DNA from: Candidatus Poribacteria bacterium
GTDB lineage: Bacteria > Poribacteria > WGA-4E > WGA-3G
DNA length: 64,000 nt
Reading direction: 5' to 3'
Assembly (NCBI GenBank): GCA_963665235.2
Contig: CAXXLX010000001.1
Span: forward strand, 1,504,001-1,568,000
Under the pieces are notes generated by a model. The model had not been told where the DNA came from. It ran no database searches and saw only the letters and a program-made list of their open reading frames with translations. Positions 32,633-43,395 of the stretch are shown piece by piece. Positions within the stretch are counted from its first letter, which is position 1, and every line of letters begins with the position of its first letter. Made by a program: the position numbers and the translations under genes.

Positions 32633-32791
32633 CCGATAGCTCCTCAATATTTCGCTGCATATTCCATCCGTGTTCAATCGGGGACTATCAGCAGTTAGTC
32701 CACTGATAGCCTCCCGTAACGTGTGTTCAACGCCAGATTTACTATTAGTCGTAAGGATTTTCAGAGGTTCGCACCTTAATCGCTGCGGGTG

Positions 32792-33823
32792 TCAATGCGC
32801 CGAGGGGGCTTCACCTTTGAGCACCCGGACAAAATCGTCAACAATCATATCAGCGACGCGTAGGTTTGCATCCTTTGTTCTACCAGCGATATGGGGTGTA
32901 TGCACGACGTTATCTCTATTCCGCAGTTCGTCATCAATCGGTACCGGTTCTCTGTCATAAACATCGAACGCCCCGGCGAGTTCGTCTTTGACAATCCGTT
33001 CGCGTAAGGCGGCCATATCGACAGCGTGTGCGCGGGTGATAATCACAACCAACGCGCCTTTATGCAGATGATAAATACGTTCACGGTTCAGCAGGTGTCG
33101 TGCAGAGGGTGTCGGTGGCACAGCGACAAAGACAATGTCCGCTCTATCGACAAGCGTGTCCATATCCACGCGTTCCACGTCCCATTCCTGTAGGAGTTCG
33201 TCTGAAACGAACGGGTCGAATCCCATAACGGTTGCCCCGAAGGCGCGACACCACTGTGCGATTTTCCGTCCAATCTGTCCAAGTCCAATAACCCCAATCT
33301 GTTTTGTGCCGAGGTCACCATTGACAAAGTCCGGGTCATCACAGAATTGGTGTGCAACGGGGAGTTTGTTGGGGCCCCATATCGGGTTGGTCCAATTCCA
33401 CAATTTTTCGCCGTGTGCCATTTGCATGTGCCACTGCGCGGTTCGGCGCAGCGAAGACAAAGCGAGTCCGAAGGCACATTCGGCAACAGATTGTGCCCAG
33501 GCACGTGTCGATTCAATCACAGGAATGCCGCGTGCTTGAAGTTTAGCGTAAGGAATACCGTGCCCCGTGTTATCAGTCATTGTCCCGAGCACTTTAAGTT
33601 TCGGGGCGTTATCAATACAAGCCTCAGTAAGGCTGCCGCCCCAGTGTGAAATTCCGATAACTTCGCTTAAGTCCACCTGTTCATGGAGGGGGTCTCTGCT
33701 GGTTGTATTGAGAACAAGTGTCACGCCTAATTCTTCAAGTCGTTTGACCATCTGTTCATGGACGAAGGGCCATGACCCCTCTAAGCCGGGGTTGCGAGTG
33801 AATAGAAATTGGTGTGTTGCCAT
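32792..33823 (-). CDS. D-2-hydroxyacid dehydrogenase family protein
   Basis: GVIGLGQIG, DVYDREP, TPHIAG. Confidence 0.9.
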   Translation of the reverse strand: MATHQFLFTRNPGLEGSWPFVHEQMVKRLEELGVTLVLNTTSRDPLHEQVDLSEVIGISHWGGSLTEACIDNAPKLKVLGTMTDNTGHGIPYAKLQARGIPVIESTRAWAQSVAECAFGLALSSLRRTAQWHMQMAHGEKLWNWTNPIWGPNKLPVAHQFCDDPDFVNGDLGTKQIGVIGLGQIGRKIAQWCRAFGATVMGFDPFVSDELLQEWDVERVDMDTLVDRADIVFVAVPPTPSARHLLNRERIYHLHKGALVVIITRAHAVDMAALRERIVKDELAGAFDVYDREPVPIDDELRNRDNVVHTPHIAGRTKDANLRVADMIVDDFVRVLKGEAPSAH

Positions 33824-34010
33824 GAAATCGAGTCTCCTATGTTAGTTTTACCATTAGTGACAAGTCGTGCTGAGCACTGCAAGTTAATTTTCGCTAAAAT
33901 CCAGTACTATTGTAAAGGATATTTTTTCGATAGTCAAGCAAAAAGTGGGTGTGTAAAGTTTTTGTACACCCGTTTGTAGTAGGGCGATTCATCGCCCGTC
34001 GGGTCGTATA

Positions 34011-34445
34011 ACGTGAGTTTGAAAAATTTTCCCCTCGTATGAGGAGCGGGAAACCGTTTGCCCGAATACTGGGCGATAAGTCGGCTTCTTAGGGACGATA
34101 TGTTTATAGGCATCTGGGTTTCTGCCCGCCTCTTAGTGGTTCACTCGGTAAATTCTTATGTCTTATGAGTTTCCAGATAATAGCCGGGACGGACTACTGT
34201 GCTTGCGACGATGTCGTGTCCATATTACCATACAAACTTAGCGAGCAGACCACTTAGTGGTTCACTCGGTAAATTCTTATGTCTTATGAGTTTCCAGATA
34301 ATAGCCGGGACGGACTGCCGTGCTTGCGACGATGTCGTGTCCATATTACTATACAAACTTAGCGAGCAGACCACTTAGTCCTGTAGGGACGATATATTTA
34401 TAGAAAACCGTTTCCGCCCCGATTCTTAGTCCCGTAGGGACGATA
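34011..34445. mobile_element. MITE-B copy interrupted by nested insertions
   Basis: Collinear with reverse complement of 39235-39422 once 34136-34377 is removed. Confidence 0.7.
34136..34374. mobile_element. Tandem dimer of a 118-bp MITE (GTGGT..ACCAC ends, TTA TSD)
   Basis: TTA-[34136-34253]-TTA-[34257-34374]-TTA; imperfect 19-bp TIR; three substitutions seen between units. Confidence 0.8.
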
Positions 34446-34447
34446 TA

Positions 34448-34685
34448 TAGTGAAACCTATAATTACTTTGACACTTTTGTAGAAGCACACTTTCTAGTTT
34501 GCGGACACGCCTGCACAAACCTTATTGTTTGCGCTACCAAAACCCAGTCCGGGGGTTCATAGCACACGTAGCGGGAACCGCAGGGGCTGGGGGCCCTAGG
34601 GGAAACACCCCAGCAAAAACACCCCTACAAACGGGTTGTGTGTGTGCCCTATCACAGCGTGCTCACATATTTTCAGAATTTACTA
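34448..34685. mobile_element. MITE-C-like element, TA TSD
   Basis: TA-TAGTGAAACC ... AGAATTTACTA-TA. Confidence 0.55.
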
Positions 34686-34690
34686 TATTT

Positions 34691-36099
34691 ATACTAAAGT
34701 TTGGACAATATTCTAGATTTCAAGCAGCCTTGTCAAACGGCAGGGCGTTATCTTGCGTTTTCTCGGTCAGAATATTCTGCGAGTTTGTTTTATCTTCGGA
34801 ACTCGCAGAATATCGGCGGCACAAAATCTGTGCTTGAAGATAAGCAACCCGCAGCCCTTGTGTGAGTTTCTTCGGTTTATACCAATGAATGCCTAGTTTT
34901 TCGCAGACCTGCTCAACACTGATACGTTTTTCTGTCGTTTCCGGCATAGCAAAGATTAGCTTTGTTAGAGACGCTGCAACGAAACTCAGTTGTCCGAAGC
35001 GATTGATGCTTTTGCGCGACTTGACCTGATACCCGCTGAAACCGAAGTGTTGCTTTGCGTCACGAAAGGCTGTCTCTATCTCCCATCTGCGGCGATAGTA
35101 TTCAACAATCTGTGGTATCTCAAGCGTCAAATCTGTCGTCCAGACACAGAAATACCGGTAAGGTTTTGACTGTCTCGTCTCGGTCTCGTTCGGATGACAA
35201 CTAGTCGGACATCTACCGGACACATTTTTGCACTATCTGTGATGCCACTTGATAGTCTTTGCCCATTAGGGAGACCACTTTATACCGCAAGCGCCGGATG
35301 TTTAGACGCGGTCCGTATTTCTTCGGACGCCCGGGGCTCCGACGCTTCGGGGCTTTAGGGCGGCGGTAAAACACCGCATTTGACTTCGCACGACACAAGA
35401 TATGGTGTTTGAATGCCAAAACCGTCTCAAACACTTTGCGACGGGCGAACCCTCTATCAAAGATAATCAGTCCCGCAGGTATCTTTGATACGATACGCTT
35501 CAATACCGCATCCCCTTTGTCACGGACTGTCTTCGGAACAACCAGCCTGACCCACACAGGAAATAGTAAACATTGCGTCGCAGTCTCACACAATAAACCC
35601 AAAGCCGCAAACTCATGACCGAAGTGAAACTTAGATTGATTCACACGCCCCCTCTGATACTTGAAGTTGCGAAAAAAATGTAGACCATATTGACCCTTGC
35701 CGGTTTTCACAGCAGACGTGTGGTCATAAACATAAACCCAATTCGGAAATACCTGCTGTAGCTTTTCAACGAGCTTCACCGCAACAGCATCCGCACTCCA
35801 AACACCCCGGGACAGAAACTTCGGTAAAGACCAATACTTCGTCCCGAAGACACTTGATTGATAAAGACCCGTCAGGGTGCCACCCTGGCTATTGGAAGCA
35901 ATAAAGCCAAAAATCATCGCTTGGAAAAGCGCAAAGTTTTGTGGGTTGAATAAACAACTAAAATGTGATAGAATATCTTGTAAGCAGAAAAGAAGGTTCA
36001 TTTTTATTTTCCTTTCGAAAATTTAATTTATTTTAAAATGATACCTACTTTTTTGCTTCTTGTCCATCTTAATTCTTAAAATTGTCCAAAGTTTAGTAT
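34691..36099 (-). mobile_element. IS701/IS4-like insertion sequence
   Basis: 19-bp TIR ATACTAAA(G/C)TTTGGACAAT at both ends enclosing a DDE transposase gene. Confidence 0.82.
34720..36001 (-). pseudogene. Frameshifted DDE transposase
   Basis: YDHT, FDRGF, GRPKKYG, YRRRWEIETAFRDAKQ; apparently two indels at ~35170-35230 with CPVDVRLVVIRTRP in the third frame. Confidence 0.85.
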
Positions 36100-36291
36100 T
36101 CGTTCAGAAAACGAGATAAATCAGTTTAATTCGGTATAAGCTAGGTTTACAGAACAAGTTTTTTATGAGTGTCAACGAAAAAAAGTTAACAAAACACAGA
36201 AATGAACGGATATATAGAGAAAGATGTCCTGTGTGATGGACAACACCCAAAAAAGTTGACACCGCACACGTTTCTATAGGAGGATAGATTT

Positions 36292-37311
36292 ATGACAAAA
36301 AAAGTTTATGTAGGAATAGGTATCCTGATGCTTCTTGTCCTCGGAAGTGCCATTTTCCTCCTGAATCACAAGTTAGACACGGAACCTGAAGTTATCTATG
36401 AACCGCCCTCAAAGGAGGTTTTAGAGAACCTACGAAAGCAAACCGAACGGGGAACTGCGGCGATAGAGCAACAGTCCGAAGTCAACGGACAGCGTCGCCC
36501 GGTTTCCGACACATCAAACCGTAGTACCGAAACAACAACCGCGGCAGAGAACAATGCCGGTGCCGCGGAAGCAATACCCGACGACTTGGCAGGTATCCCC
36601 CACGTGCGGGGTTTTACCTCGACCAATCCGATGTTCGCGGAGGGTGTCCCTGAACACTTACAATGTCCCAAACAGTGGGTGGGACTTTACGATAGTGAGA
36701 CAGAAGACGACCTATCGGAGATTCAAGCCTACATGCTACCTATTATTTACGAGATTATGACAAAGTATAACCCCGAACGGCCACTGACAGAGGTCTGGCC
36801 TGCGTATATTGAAGCGGAACGCTTTTATTACGAGAATGCGGACCCAGAACTGGGAAACGCAAACGGTGCTAGCGGTAGATTTGATTGGGAATATCAACAC
36901 TTGCTAGATTTCCCAGAGATAATGGTTCTTGCTGAAGAAGACCCGCACCGAATGTCAACCCTTCAGCGGGTATTGATAGGACGTTGGCCTGCCACTTTGA
37001 ACCAACATGAACTGCCGGATGGCAGAATATTCTACGCAGGACACGAAGCGAATTATGAGGTCTGGGAGAAACTCCCCGATGGTATGATGCACCCCGATGG
37101 TATGATGCACCGGTCTGTCGGTTTTGGGCATTCGGACACGGGCCGCATCATCAAGATTTACCCTGACACGATGACAGATGAAGAACTGAAAGCGATCGGT
37201 GGATGGAATTATAATATTGACCCGTATTCAACAGGGTTTTATACACTCCCGCCTGATGCGACCCAGCGCCTCATAGAAAAGATAAAATCTTTTATCTCAA
37301 CGCCACATTAA
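36292..37311 (+). CDS. Hypothetical membrane-anchored protein
   Basis: AGGAGG RBS, N-terminal TM helix; internal 18-bp duplication PDGMMH x2. Confidence 0.75.
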   Translation: MTKKVYVGIGILMLLVLGSAIFLLNHKLDTEPEVIYEPPSKEVLENLRKQTERGTAAIEQQSEVNGQRRPVSDTSNRSTETTTAAENNAGAAEAIPDDLAGIPHVRGFTSTNPMFAEGVPEHLQCPKQWVGLYDSETEDDLSEIQAYMLPIIYEIMTKYNPERPLTEVWPAYIEAERFYYENADPELGNANGASGRFDWEYQHLLDFPEIMVLAEEDPHRMSTLQRVLIGRWPATLNQHELPDGRIFYAGHEANYEVWEKLPDGMMHPDGMMHRSVGFGHSDTGRIIKIYPDTMTDEELKAIGGWNYNIDPYSTGFYTLPPDATQRLIEKIKSFISTPH

Positions 37312-37339
37312 CGCAGTGCTACATTTTAGGAGGTATCTC

Positions 37340-38113
37340 ATGAAAAAAACAGGTATATTTTTCGTTTTAATAGTGTTGATGTTTTTGATATTTGTAGATT
37401 ATGAAGGCACAGCGAAACCGAAAAAGACATATGAAGTGCTGAAAACCCATGATTGGGAAACAGCCGATGCTGATACAGAGCCGATGAATTCTAATTACAT
37501 CCGAGGCAGAGCGAAAAAGTATGGGTACCGAGTGAAGGCGAGCGGTTTCTTGAACGGTGTCACCCAAAACGGCACCATATACGGTCGATCTGGGGATGCC
37601 TATGCCAAAGTAGAGGTTTACACAGACCTAATGAAGATAGGGGACGAAGTGAACGTAGTGTCTTGGATTCGAGCAACCGCTGCACGAAACCTCATCGACC
37701 TGCCTTCACAAGAGTTTCTAAAAAATGTCGGACACCGACCAAAGCACCGAAAACCTAGCCATAAGCATGAATGGGGCTATGTGCAATATGGAGTCTCCTA
37801 TAAACCCGGAATCGCCTCATATGTAAGATTGCATAAGTTGAGGTTCTGGGAGGATCCAGTTAGAAGACCTTTTGAGCATGACTTTGACGTAACCAGTTAC
37901 TTCCATAGGGTAGGAAGTCCCACGGATCTCCCCGACCCGAACCCTTATATCATTGCGGATATAGATATCACGAGCCGTCAGTTTGTAGGGGCAGGAATAG
38001 GTTTTGCTACATTCTATACCCCTATGTGTGAGGGGAGTGATGGTGAGCATCCGATCCCCCTCTTGGAGGATAAGTGCCCGGGTGCTCCAGGCGCAACATA
38101 TACGACACCGTAA
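37340..38113 (+). CDS. Hypothetical secreted protein
   Basis: AGGAGG RBS, signal peptide MKKTGIFFVLIV. Confidence 0.75.
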   Translation: MKKTGIFFVLIVLMFLIFVDYEGTAKPKKTYEVLKTHDWETADADTEPMNSNYIRGRAKKYGYRVKASGFLNGVTQNGTIYGRSGDAYAKVEVYTDLMKIGDEVNVVSWIRATAARNLIDLPSQEFLKNVGHRPKHRKPSHKHEWGYVQYGVSYKPGIASYVRLHKLRFWEDPVRRPFEHDFDVTSYFHRVGSPTDLPDPNPYIIADIDITSRQFVGAGIGFATFYTPMCEGSDGEHPIPLLEDKCPGAPGATYTTP

Positions 38114-38130
38114 GGATTTGTGTATTCCAT

Positions 38131-38170
38131 AACATAGGCAGGTAACCGTTCTGTTACCTGCCTATGTTTT
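38131..38170 (+). terminator. Intrinsic terminator
   Basis: AACATAGGCAGGTAAC-loop-GTTACCTGCCTATGTT followed by T's. Confidence 0.8.
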
Positions 38171-38266
38171 CACCTATTCCCTCTGCATCTGCCGTACCTT
38201 CTTTACACTAAAGCCGCGTAACCTCTGTACAAAAACTTTACACACCCGTTCGGAAATGCAACAAGT

Positions 38267-39190
38267 GTGCCTAAACCGCCCAATGCACGGAAGCGTGGTG
38301 TTGCCAAACTCAAAAAAGCGATGATACTCACACCGGAATTTGAGGCACTCTGGGAACGGATTAAGCACAAAACGCGATACAAAGTTGACATTGACACTGA
38401 AAAATTAATCGCTGAGGTCGTTGAGGCATTAGATGAAACCAACATCCAATTACCTAAAATAACGATTAGAAAGGGTATAGTGGTAATTGATGAAGAAAAC
38501 GAGTTTAAGGTTCAACACACCGGAGACGGCAGCTTGGCATATCGCTTGTCGGGCCGTGCAAATGTTTTGAGGTTAATTGAGCATCGGCTGGCGCATACTA
38601 CCCCTACAATGAAATTGACGCGTCAGACCCTTTGGGAAATTCTCAATCGCACAAAAAATCAACAAGCAGTCTTAGACAATCCCCCTGAATTTTCTAAAGT
38701 TGTGGTGAAACACATCAGGAAGAAAATTATGCATCAACTGATTGATGGTGTAAAGTATGAGAAGATCGGTGAGGTGTATGAGATGCGTCAGTTCGATTGC
38801 AAGTTGGAAAGCTGGAAGGATTGCATGGTTCCCGCGTCGCGCTCCATCTACGATTACGTAATATGGGATTCGGAAGTTGAAAAGAGGTTCGTTGAAGGAT
38901 TAGAAGAGCGAGACGACATTAAACTCTATCTGAAACTTCCTGCTTTTTTCACTGTGCCAACCCCTATAGGCAACTATAACCCGGATTGGGCGATAGTCAA
39001 AGAGGACAGAGATGCACATGGTGAACCGACCGGTAAAGAAAATCTCTATCTAGTTAGAGAGACCAAAAGCACAACTAATTCAGAAGACCTCCGAATCCGT
39101 GAACAACAGAAAATCAATTGTGGCGAGCGGCACTTTCGTGATGCTCTCTGCGTTGATTACGCGGTTGTTACCTCTCCTGAGGAAATCTAA
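38267..39190 (+). pseudogene. C-terminal fragment of type III restriction endonuclease Res subunit
   Basis: PEFEALWERI, DSEVE..F, YLKLPAFF.VPTPIGNYNPDWA, RETK; helicase part and mod gene absent. Confidence 0.8.
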
Positions 39191-39234
39191 TAGCTGCAGG
39201 ATGGACGCAGCGCGTTGATAATTCCTTATGATAA

Positions 39235-39422
39235 ACGTGAGCTTGATAATAAATGTCCGTTTGCACTAACCTTTATAAAGATATCGTCCCTACGGGACTA
39301 AAAGGAGGATAGAAACCCAGATGCCTATAAAGATATCGTCCCTAAGGAGCGGGCTTATCGCCCAGTATTCAGGCAAACAGCCCGCTCCTCATACTAGGTG
39401 AAAACTTTTTTCAAGCTCACGT
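39235..39422. mobile_element. MITE-B copy overlapping GH2 stop codon
   Basis: ACGTGAGCTTGA...TCAAGCTCACGT; flanks TATGATAA / TAAGATAC (6/8). Confidence 0.8.
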
Positions 39423-42086
39423 TAAGATACGTATATGTGGAGCAGTCGGATATCTACCGCGACGGTTACCGTAAAGCGAAAGTCCACCCCTGTTTTCAGC
39501 GTTGCCTTTGACCTCATAACGCACGGTGAGCGTTTCAGCGTTGCCGTTTAAGCACTTCTCCTTATCTAATTGGACACAACACAGATAGCCGTAGTTGCCA
39601 AGGTTTTGATGGATATAGGTTAGCACACCGCGTGCATCCGCCGGGCAATCGGGAAGTGTCAAGGTTTCAACCGCAACCCCGTTAACCGAAATTGTAACAT
39701 CGGATGGGTGTTTCTCCGGCTCCGTTTGCCGTGAACCGCCATTTGATGAGGAGGCTTCAAAAACGAGTTCCATCTTTGAAATCTCATCAGGATTGAGTTC
39801 AGTCAGCACGGGTATCTGATATTCAACGTATCCAGCACCTTGTGCAGTTAAAAGTTGCTCCGTTATTTCGGAGCCTGCATCCCATTTGCTGGTTGTTATT
39901 TCGCCCGGAAGATGAGAAAGCGATTGTTGCGAATCTTCGGAGAATATCTCGAAATTGATGTAATTTCGTGCCACAACCGCACCCGTTTCATCGGCTACCC
40001 ATACATGTAACGTGCCAACCGCCGAGTCAATTTCAGGGATAGCAAGTTCAAGTTGATGAACGTGCGCTACCTGATACTGTGGAAAAGGAATATCAACGTT
40101 GCCATTGACGCGGCCCCGTGTCAATTCACCGTTCGGCTGTAGTGTATCCAGTTGCCAGTGGAGCGTTGTGCCTTCAATCGTTTTGTGTGAGAAGTGACTG
40201 GCGTAGATATCCGCCTCTACGTTTTCACCGGGGGCAACCGTAGTGCCGGGGGGATAATCAATTGCGATGAAATCGAGGGTGTTGATGTCGTTGTAATCGT
40301 ATCCGAATTCCTTGACTGAGCGGTCATAGTTCATGAAGCCGTTGTGTTCCCACTCAATATCTTGCAGCTCGGTATACACATATCCACAGATTTTTGGATG
40401 GAGGCGCAACTCGTTTGTCAAATACTTAAAGCACCACGCCACGTCTTTATCACCTGCGCCAGCACTAATCCCGCCGTATTCGCTGTTTATGAGGGGGACA
40501 TCCGTTTGCACGTTATCACCCGCATAGTTAAACTTTGAGCCGGGGTATGTCTGTTCAACGACATTAGCGATATGGCCTTTGGCATGTTCGTAATTGTTGA
40601 TGTAGAAATGCCACGAGTTAATATCGGTTTCCACGTGGTCGTAGAGGCATGGCGAGTTGTCCTCGATGAGGCGAGTCGGGTCAAGCGATTTTGCGAGGTG
40701 ATACATCTCCCGCACCCATTCTTGACGGTCTGTTTGCTGTTTGTAATCTCCCCCGCCGAGTCCCCACGTTTCGTTGAAATTGCACCATGAGATGATAGAG
40801 GGATGATTGTAATCGCGTGCGATGTTTCCGCGGAGTGTCGCTTCAAACCTGTCTTTCGCTGTATCGGTGTAATGTCCGAAGTTAGGAATATCACACATAA
40901 AGAGCAGTCCTAATTTATCTGCCCAGTAGTAGAGACGCGGTTCATCCACTTTTATGTGCAGGCGCAGGAAGTTGAAACCGAATTCCTTGGCGCGTTCCAC
41001 ATCCGTTCGGATTGCCTCATCGGTGAGGAAGGTATACACCCCCTCCGGGTTAAATGACTGATTAAGCGCACCTAACAGATATATCGGGCGGTTGTTAAGA
41101 TAAATGTAGTTGTAATCGCCTCCCGGTGCCTTATCAATTGAGACCTTCCGCATTCCGAAGTAGGTGTAAATCCTATCAATTGTTCCGGCTTCACCGGATA
41201 CCAATTTGAGCGTGACATCGTAGAGATTTGGCGTATCTACGTCCCAAAGTCGAAGTTTTTCTGGCGGAATATTGACCGTGAACGTTGTCTTTTCTGCGGC
41301 GGCAGTGCTTCCATTTATGCCATCACATTCCCACTGCAATTCGGTGCCTGATGCTATTTCACCCGCAATTGCCACATCAACGGTGGCCGTGCTATTATCA
41401 ATGTCCGGTGTTATGTGGCACTGTTCGATATAGGTTGCGTTTCGGGGTTCCAAAATGACAGTCTGCCAGATACCGCTAGTCCGTGTGTACCAACCGATTT
41501 GTTTTCCAGCAAGTTGTTCGCCGTGGTCCTGTGCATCGTACGCCCGTACAACGATACGCGCGGGTTCGCCGGGCGTGAGGGCATCCGTAATGTCAAATTC
41601 GAACGGGAGATATCCGTTTCCGTTTTCACCGATGCGGGTGCCATTCACCCAGACCTTTGTTTCCCAGTCAACAGCCCCGAAATTCAAAATAACGCGTTTG
41701 TCGCCCCAGTTTTCGGGAATAGAGACAGTTTTGCGATACCAACCGATGGTATGTCGGGGTTCGCCGCGGTAATTTCCCCCTCTGTCAAGTCCGCCACATG
41801 TGACGTTTTCCGGTGTGAGGTAGGCATTTGTGCTTAAATAGGTTGCGTTATCCGCGCGGTCCGCTTCTCCCCACGCTGCAAGGCTTTCCCAAGGATAGGG
41901 TACCTGTATCTGCAAAGGAAAGTCATCAGCATTGTCAGAAAACCATTCCGCTTTTTCGCCGACATCGTCCGGGTCAAACGCAAATTCCCATGTGCCGTTG
42001 AGGTTTATCCAGTCGAGTCCTTCGGAAGTGCCGCGTTGAAAATCGGGTCGTGGATATTCTGGGCGTGGTGTTTCTACGTGTGTCAC
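39417..42086 (-). CDS. Glycoside hydrolase family 2 protein
   Basis: PRPEYPRP, NLNGTWEF, FGAVDW, RLHIK, NHPSIISW..FNE.WG, NSEYGG. Confidence 0.9.
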   Translation of the reverse strand: MTHVETPRPEYPRPDFQRGTSEGLDWINLNGTWEFAFDPDDVGEKAEWFSDNADDFPLQIQVPYPWESLAAWGEADRADNATYLSTNAYLTPENVTCGGLDRGGNYRGEPRHTIGWYRKTVSIPENWGDKRVILNFGAVDWETKVWVNGTRIGENGNGYLPFEFDITDALTPGEPARIVVRAYDAQDHGEQLAGKQIGWYTRTSGIWQTVILEPRNATYIEQCHITPDIDNSTATVDVAIAGEIASGTELQWECDGINGSTAAAEKTTFTVNIPPEKLRLWDVDTPNLYDVTLKLVSGEAGTIDRIYTYFGMRKVSIDKAPGGDYNYIYLNNRPIYLLGALNQSFNPEGVYTFLTDEAIRTDVERAKEFGFNFLRLHIKVDEPRLYYWADKLGLLFMCDIPNFGHYTDTAKDRFEATLRGNIARDYNHPSIISWCNFNETWGLGGGDYKQQTDRQEWVREMYHLAKSLDPTRLIEDNSPCLYDHVETDINSWHFYINNYEHAKGHIANVVEQTYPGSKFNYAGDNVQTDVPLINSEYGGISAGAGDKDVAWCFKYLTNELRLHPKICGYVYTELQDIEWEHNGFMNYDRSVKEFGYDYNDINTLDFIAIDYPPGTTVAPGENVEADIYASHFSHKTIEGTTLHWQLDTLQPNGELTRGRVNGNVDIPFPQYQVAHVHQLELAIPEIDSAVGTLHVWVADETGAVVARNYINFEIFSEDSQQSLSHLPGEITTSKWDAGSEITEQLLTAQGAGYVEYQIPVLTELNPDEISKMELVFEASSSNGGSRQTEPEKHPSDVTISVNGVAVETLTLPDCPADARGVLTYIHQNLGNYGYLCCVQLDKEKCLNGNAETLTVRYEVKGNAENRGGLSLYGNRRGRYPTAPHIRILT

Positions 42087-42282
42087 TTATCAGTCCATCC
42101 TTACTGTTTTCGCGCAAATAGCTGTCAGTCAATAACCGTTGTCGGGTTTCGCAAGCTCGACCCGACCTATAAATAACCAGTCATTCGCACGTGCTGAATT
42201 TGTTTTCTTTTATAATACACAATCCGCATATTTTATGCAACGATTAAAATACGAGTGTGTAAAGTTTTTGTACTATGATAGT

Positions 42283-42381
42283 GGGAAGGGTGGAAGGGTG
42301 GAAGATTGGAAGGATGGAAGAGGGTGGAAGGGTGGAAGGTGGAAGGGTGGAAGAGTGGAAAGATGGAAGGGTGGAAGAGTG
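42283..42381 (+). repeat. Purine-rich 7-8-bp tandem repeat (GGAAGGGT/GGAAGATT); relatives ~47222-47255, 61240-61266, 62468-62495
   Basis: Direct reading. Confidence 0.8.
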
Positions 42382-42636
42382 GATTTCGCTTGTGTTGTCT
42401 GAATCGCGGATGACACGGAGAACACGGATTTCGCGGAGTGTCCGATGCGTAACAATCCAAGTTTTGTGATTATAGTTTTAGCGTTTTTTTGTCTGAATGC
42501 ACGTCGCATTTGGGCGAGTACGCCACAAATCGCGGATTATCGCGGAGAACGCGGAAGACGCGGAGTTTAAGAAATGTCCGCCTATCTAGAAAGGTATCGC
42601 GTGCCCAGCACGCTCCTACATAACACGTTAAGTACA

Positions 42637-42808
42637 ACGTGAGTTTGAAAAAAAGTTTCTTTAGTCCCAGTATTCGGGCAAACGGTTTCCCGCTCCTCAA
42701 GGACGATATCTTTATAGATAACCGTTTTCCCAACGCTTCTTAGTCCCATATTCGGGCAAACGGTTTCCCGCTCCTAGCACAAACGGACATTTATTATCAA
42801 GCTCGCGT
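42637..42808. mobile_element. MITE-B copy with perfect 8-bp TSD
   Basis: TAAGTACA-ACGTGAGTTTGA ... TCAAGCTCGCGT-TAAGTACA. Confidence 0.88.
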
Positions 42809-42907
42809 TAAGTACAAAAATTTTACGCACCCAATCAGACGGGTGTGTAAAGTTTTTGTACGGCTGCGATATTTTTTATGAAGAAAAATCAAACAGTTCG
42901 CAACTAA

Positions 42908-43275
42908 TACCATTTCTAATTGAAAATGTCTCTTGATTGTAGCATAAACTTCCAGTTTGTGCGCTTTATCGTAGCATAAACTTCCAGTTTGTGCTTTATT
43001 GTAGCATAAACTTCCAGTTTGTGCGCTTTATTGTAGCATAAACTTCCAGTTTGTGCGCTTTATCGTAGCATAAACTTTTAGTTTGTGCGCTTTATTGTAG
43101 CATAAACTTTTAGTTTGTGCGCTTTATCGTAGCATAAACTTCCAGTTTGTGCGCTTTATCGTAGCATAAACTTCCAGTTTGTGCTTTATTGTAGCATAAA
43201 CTTCCAGTTTGGGTCCTCCGTTCTCCGTTTCATTTCTAACAACCGGTAATGATAGAATAATTAATAAAAATGGTA
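42908..43275 (+). mobile_element. MITE-A copy 2 (TAA TSD, 9 cores)
   Basis: TAA-TACCATTT...AAATGGTA-TAA; linker mostly CGCTTTAT(C/T); similar empty site CAGTTCGCAACTAATAGAACAGAGAA at 25951. Confidence 0.92.
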
Positions 43276-43395
43276 TAACATAACAGAGAACCAAAACATT
43301 TTTCGGAGGAAAGCGGCACGGTTTGCAACTCACCTGATTAGCCACCGATAGCGAAAGTGTGACATTTCATTTTTTTGAAATCGTCCAAGGTGGGT

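Noticed and set aside
35170-35230. Programmed frameshift in the transposase
   Set aside because: Two separate indels appear to be needed, one a 5-bp duplication; decay is the simpler reading
34691-36099. This IS as the mobiliser of the MITE families
   Set aside because: Its TIR matches none of them and the transposase is frameshifted
38267-39190. Functional restriction-modification system
   Set aside because: Only the nuclease end of Res remains; no helicase motifs or methyltransferase
42253-42832. Complete Mutator-like element
   Set aside because: TIRs face inward but flanks show no TSD, so only the ends are reported
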